A stretch of 64,000 nt of DNA. Origin: Scyliorhinus canicula (taxonomy: Eukaryota). Shown piece after piece: positions 60,373 to 64,000 of this stretch (position 1 is its first letter; the number at the start of each line of letters is the position of its first letter). Location: contig NC_052162.1 of assembly GCF_902713615.1 (NCBI RefSeq), positions 116,674,085 to 116,738,084 on the forward strand. The letters are read 5' to 3'. Under the pieces are notes generated by a model that was not told where the DNA came from, did not search any database, and saw only the letters and a list, made by a program, of their open reading frames with translations. A program made the translations under genes and the position numbers.

Positions 60373-61481
60373 CTGAGCGGCCTCTCCCCTGTGTGAACTC
60401 GCTGATGTCTCTGCAGGTTGGATAATTGAGTGAATCCCTTCCCACACTGAGAGCAGGTGACCGGCCTCTCGCCAGTGTGAACTCGCTGGTGTGTCTGCAG
60501 GATGGATAATTGAGTGAATCCCTTCCCACATTGAGAGCAGGTGAATGGCCTCTCCCCAGAATGTACTCGCTGGTGTCTCTGCAGGGTGGATGTTTGAGTG
60601 AATCCCTTCCCACATTGGCAGCAGGTGAATGGCCTCTCCCCAGTGTGAACCCGCTGATGTTTCTGCAGAGTGGATGAATGACTGAAACCCTTCCCACACT
60701 GCGGGCAGGTGACTGGCCTCTCCCCAGTGTGAACTCGCTGGTGTCTCTGCAGGGTGGATGAATCACTGAATCTCTTCCCACACTGAGAGCAGATAAATGG
60801 CCTCTCGCTGGTGTGAACCCGCTGGTGTGTCTGCAGGGTGGAGGAATCACTGAATCCCTTCCCACACTGAGGGCAGGTGAATGGCCTCTCCCCAGTGTGA
60901 ACTCGTTGATGTCTCTGCAGATTAGACGACTGAGTAAATCGCTTCCCACACTGAGAGCAGGTGAACGGCCTCTCCCCAGTGTGAACTCGCTGATGTGTCT
61001 GCAGGGTGGATGAATCACTGAATCCCTTCCCACACTGAACACAGGTGAACGGTCTCTCCCCAGTGTGAATTCGCTGATGTGACTGCAGGCTGGATAATCG
61101 CATGAATCCCTTCCAACACTGAGGGCAGGTGAACGGTCTCTCCCCAGTGTGAACCCTTTGGTGTATCTGTAGGTTGGATGACTGAATAAATCCCTTCCCA
61201 CACTGAGGGCAGGTGAACGGCTTCACCCCAGTGTGAACTCGCTGATGTCTCTGGAGGTTGGATGAATTACTGAATCCTTTCCCACACTGAGAGCAGGTGA
61301 ATAGTGTTTCCCCCGTGTGAACTCGCTGGTGTGACTGCAGACAGACTAAATGAGTGAATCCCTTCCCACACACAGAGCAGGTGAATGGCCTCTCCCCAGT
61401 GTGAATGCGTCGATGAGTTTCCAGCGCAGATGGGACTCTGTATCCCTTCCCACAGTCCCCACATTTCCAAGGTTTCTCCAT
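60246..61481 (-). CDS. C2H2 ZNF copy 6, 13 intact fingers plus ~43-aa tail from antisense Gypsy integrase DNA
   Basis: [13 protein letters not shown]...HTGERP|[10 protein letters not shown]...LPIT*. Acceptor at 61842/61841 and donor at ~63198. Confidence 0.88.
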   Translation of the reverse strand: MEKPWKCGDCGKGYRVPSALETHRRIHTGERPFTCSVCGKGFTHLVCLQSHQRVHTGETLFTCSQCGKGFSNSSNLQRHQRVHTGVKPFTCPQCGKGFIQSSNLQIHQRVHTGERPFTCPQCWKGFMRLSSLQSHQRIHTGERPFTCVQCGKGFSDSSTLQTHQRVHTGERPFTCSQCGKRFTQSSNLQRHQRVHTGERPFTCPQCGKGFSDSSTLQTHQRVHTSERPFICSQCGKRFSDSSTLQRHQRVHTGERPVTCPQCGKGFSHSSTLQKHQRVHTGERPFTCCQCGKGFTQTSTLQRHQRVHSGERPFTCSQCGKGFTQLSILQTHQRVHTGERPVTCSQCGKGFTQLSNLQRHQRVHTGERPLSPAFILHNDPLQPTNTRINGSYNTGLGIKGTGLILCCGLPIT

Positions 61482-62609
61482 GTTTTGTTACTCCTTGGGT
61501 CTCTCCAGGTTTCCTGGTCAGTTGAAGCCTCGTCCATACACAGAACACGTGTACAATCTCTCCCCGCTGTGAATGGTGTGATGTTTATTCAAGCTGTGTA
61601 ACTGGTTAAAGCTCTTTCCACAGTCAGTGCTCTGGAACACTCTCATTCGGGTGTGTGTGTGTCTCGGTGCTTTTCCAGTCGCACTGATGTTTAAAATCTT
61701 TTGAAGTCAACAGATCGGTAAACCATTCTCCCTCTGGATTCAAAGACCAATGATATTTAGGCCCCGATAAATTGAGTGAGTCTGTGAGACCGAGACATGA
61801 TGTTTGAGATTTCTGTCTGTAATTCCTCCTCTTCTAATATCCTGTAAAACTGTTTGGAAAAGATATTGCAGTCAGCATAAGATTGAAATTCAGAACAGAC
61901 AATTCTACTTACAATGGAACATTCTTTCCTCGCCCATTCCCCCAAAGCTGTAAATCTCCATCCCACACACTCTCCCTCCATTCTCACTCTGCTGTATCTA
62001 ATATTCGCCCTCCCAATTCTCCTGAAGGTGCTGATTCAGGCTGATTAACAGATCCATGCTCACTGCTTCCTGTCCTGGATACGGAAACCATAACAAATCG
62101 GAGTTGCAGTCGGCCATTCGGCCCATCGAGCCTGCTAACCATTCAATGAGATCATTGGCCAATCTACCTCAGCACCATTTTCTCACACTATCCCCCGTAT
62201 CCTTTGATATCTTCAATATCTAGAAACCTATCAATCTTTGTCTTGGAAAGACTTGATGACTGAGGCTCCACAGTCCTCTGGGGTACAGAATTCCAAAGCT
62301 TCACAACATCCTTGAGTGAAGAAATCCCTCCTCATCTCAGCTTTATTTTCATTTTCCCACCTGTTCCCCATAACCTTCTTCAATCAGAAATCTATCCAAC
62401 TAATCCGTAAAAATATTCAATTACCCTCGCCCTCCCTGTGGAAGAGAAATCCAGAGACTAACAACCATCTGATGGAAGAGATCATTGGAAATATATAACA
62501 GTTATTATACTATATTAAACAGGTAGAAATAATAATAAATGTGCTTTATTACAGAACTCTGAATAATATATCGAATGCATACCATATAACAACACTAGAC
62601 ATATCATAC

Positions 62610-62925
62610 GGGGTGGCACAGTAGCACAGTGTTTGGCACTGTTGCTTCACAGCACCAGGGTCCCAGGTTCGATTCCCAGCTTGGGTCACTGTCTGTGTAG
62701 AGTCTGCACATTCTCGCCATGTCTGTGTGGGTTTCCTCCGGGTGCTCCGGTATCCTCTCACCAGTCCTGAAAGACGTGCTTCTTAGGTAAATTGAACATT
62801 CTGAATTCTCCCTCCGTGAACCCGAACAGGCACCGGACTGTGGCGACAGCGGGCTTTTCACAGTAACTTCATTGCAGTGCTAATGTAAGCCTACTTGTGA
62901 CAATAATAAAGATTATTATTATGAT
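62610..62925 (+). mobile_element. SINE in ZNF copy 6 intron
   Basis: HE1-like head with a gcttttcacagtaacttcattgcagtg...(att)n tail. Confidence 0.85.
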
Positions 62926-63198
62926 TATCTCTGTCCGATATTAATTTACTGTCACCTTAAATGTCAGCCATCTCCTGGGGAAACCAGCCCTTTAATTGTG
63001 AACATGAGGAAAGAGTCCATCCTTTTGGACAGACAAATAAATGTGTCAAGCTGAGGGAGCAAAGGATGAGAGAGAGAGACCCGAGTCTGAACCCTCCCTG
63101 GATTCACTTCCTTTCCCTTCAGTTGCTGCAAGTGACCAATTGAAGGTGAGAATGAGAAAAGAAATGGAAAGGGAGAGAAAAGAAAATGTTTTACTCAC

Positions 63199-63575
63199 AG
63201 ATGTTGGAGACAGGAGGAGGTTTCAGTCTACGTGAAGTCCAATCTTCAATCACTCTCATTGGCTGCAGGACCAGAGTCCTTCCGGTCGTCCAACTCTTTC
63301 CATTGGTCAACACCAATACTGGACGGTCAGGAGGTGGTCTCTCCCTCGCACATGCTCAGTTCACCTTCTCCCTTGGACATGCGCAGTCACTGGCCGGGGG
63401 GAATGAGGTGAGCGGCTTCTCGCTCTCGGCGGAGACGTCAGCCGGTTGCCTGGAAACGTTGTCACGAGGAAGGAGAACAAGAGTGGTGACCCGGCTGGGA
63501 GCCTGCGCCGAGACTGATTCCTATTGGCTGATTCAAGCTCTCACACAATTACAGGTTCTGGTTTCCCCAGTAGGT
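63199..63575. promoter_or_regulatory. Bidirectional promoter for ZNF copies 6 and 7
   Basis: Reverse complement of 22390-22665: ATTGG boxes, CATGCGCA at 63378, GACGTCA, X-box gttgcctggaaac at 63445-63457. Confidence 0.72.
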
Positions 63576-63604
63576 GGCTGACTTTTCAGGAGACAGTAAA
63601 TTAA

Positions 63605-64000
63605 TATCGGCCAGGAAGCAGTGAGCAGGGATCTGTCAATCAGCCTGAATCAGCATCTTCAGGAGAATTGGGAGAGTGAATATTAGATACAGCAGAGTGA
63701 GAATGGAGGGAGAGTGTGTGGGATGGAGATTTACACCTTTTGGGGAATGAGAGAGGAAAGAATGTTCCAGAGAAACTACAATTGTCTGTTCTGAATTTCT
63801 ATCCTGTACTGACAGTGATACATTTTTAAAACTCCTTTTAGAGGATATCAGAAGGAGAGGATTTGCAGACAGAAACCTCACACCAAACATCAGCTGCAGA
63901 TCTGCTCTATTCATTAGCCTTTAATTGTTGGATAACCATTTGTCTATTCTGTCTGCTGCAGAAAATTTTATGAATCAACATGACTGGAAAAGCACCGAGA
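63605..64000 (+). other. 5' part of ZNF copy 7 (intron module and start of fossil-finger UTR), running off the window
   Basis: Conserved intron block, gatatcagaaggagaggatttgcagacagaaa, tgactggaaaagcaccgaga. Confidence 0.8.

Noticed and set aside
60320-61201. Long alternative-frame ORFs over ZNF arrays (MGRDS..., VWEGIH...; also 24803-25654, 16226-16681)
   Set aside because: By-product of the 84-bp finger repeat lacking stops in other frames.
63430-63460. MHC-type SXY module (X-box next to a CRE)
   Set aside because: No Y box at the required spacing and orientation, and no MHC coding sequence.

Overview
This is eukaryotic, repeat-rich DNA from a cartilaginous fish. The SINE and LINE set looks catshark (Scyliorhinus)-like; that is an inference from repeat style. 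The window is a tandem C2H2 zinc-finger (ZNF) gene cluster with seven copies of one two-exon cassette plus one fragment. Six copies sit as three head-to-head pairs around conserved bidirectional promoters carrying CCAAT, NRF1-like and RFX X-box motifs. Each gene has a non-coding exon 1 and a conserved intron end. Its 5' UTR is built from three dead 'fossil' fingers and usually holds an 11-codon uORF. The protein is a finger-only array starting MEKxWKC, with no KRAB, SCAN or other effector domain. Interspersed elements include L1-clade, CR1 and Rex1/Babar LINEs, Penelope elements with hammerhead-like ribozymes, Harbinger remnants, SINEs and minisatellites. A Gmr1-type Gypsy with a SCAN-like gag is fused tail-to-tail into one ZNF ORF. 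An orphan PDE4 terminal exon is sandwiched in a ~2.1-kb duplication. Repeat boundaries are read by eye and are approximate.
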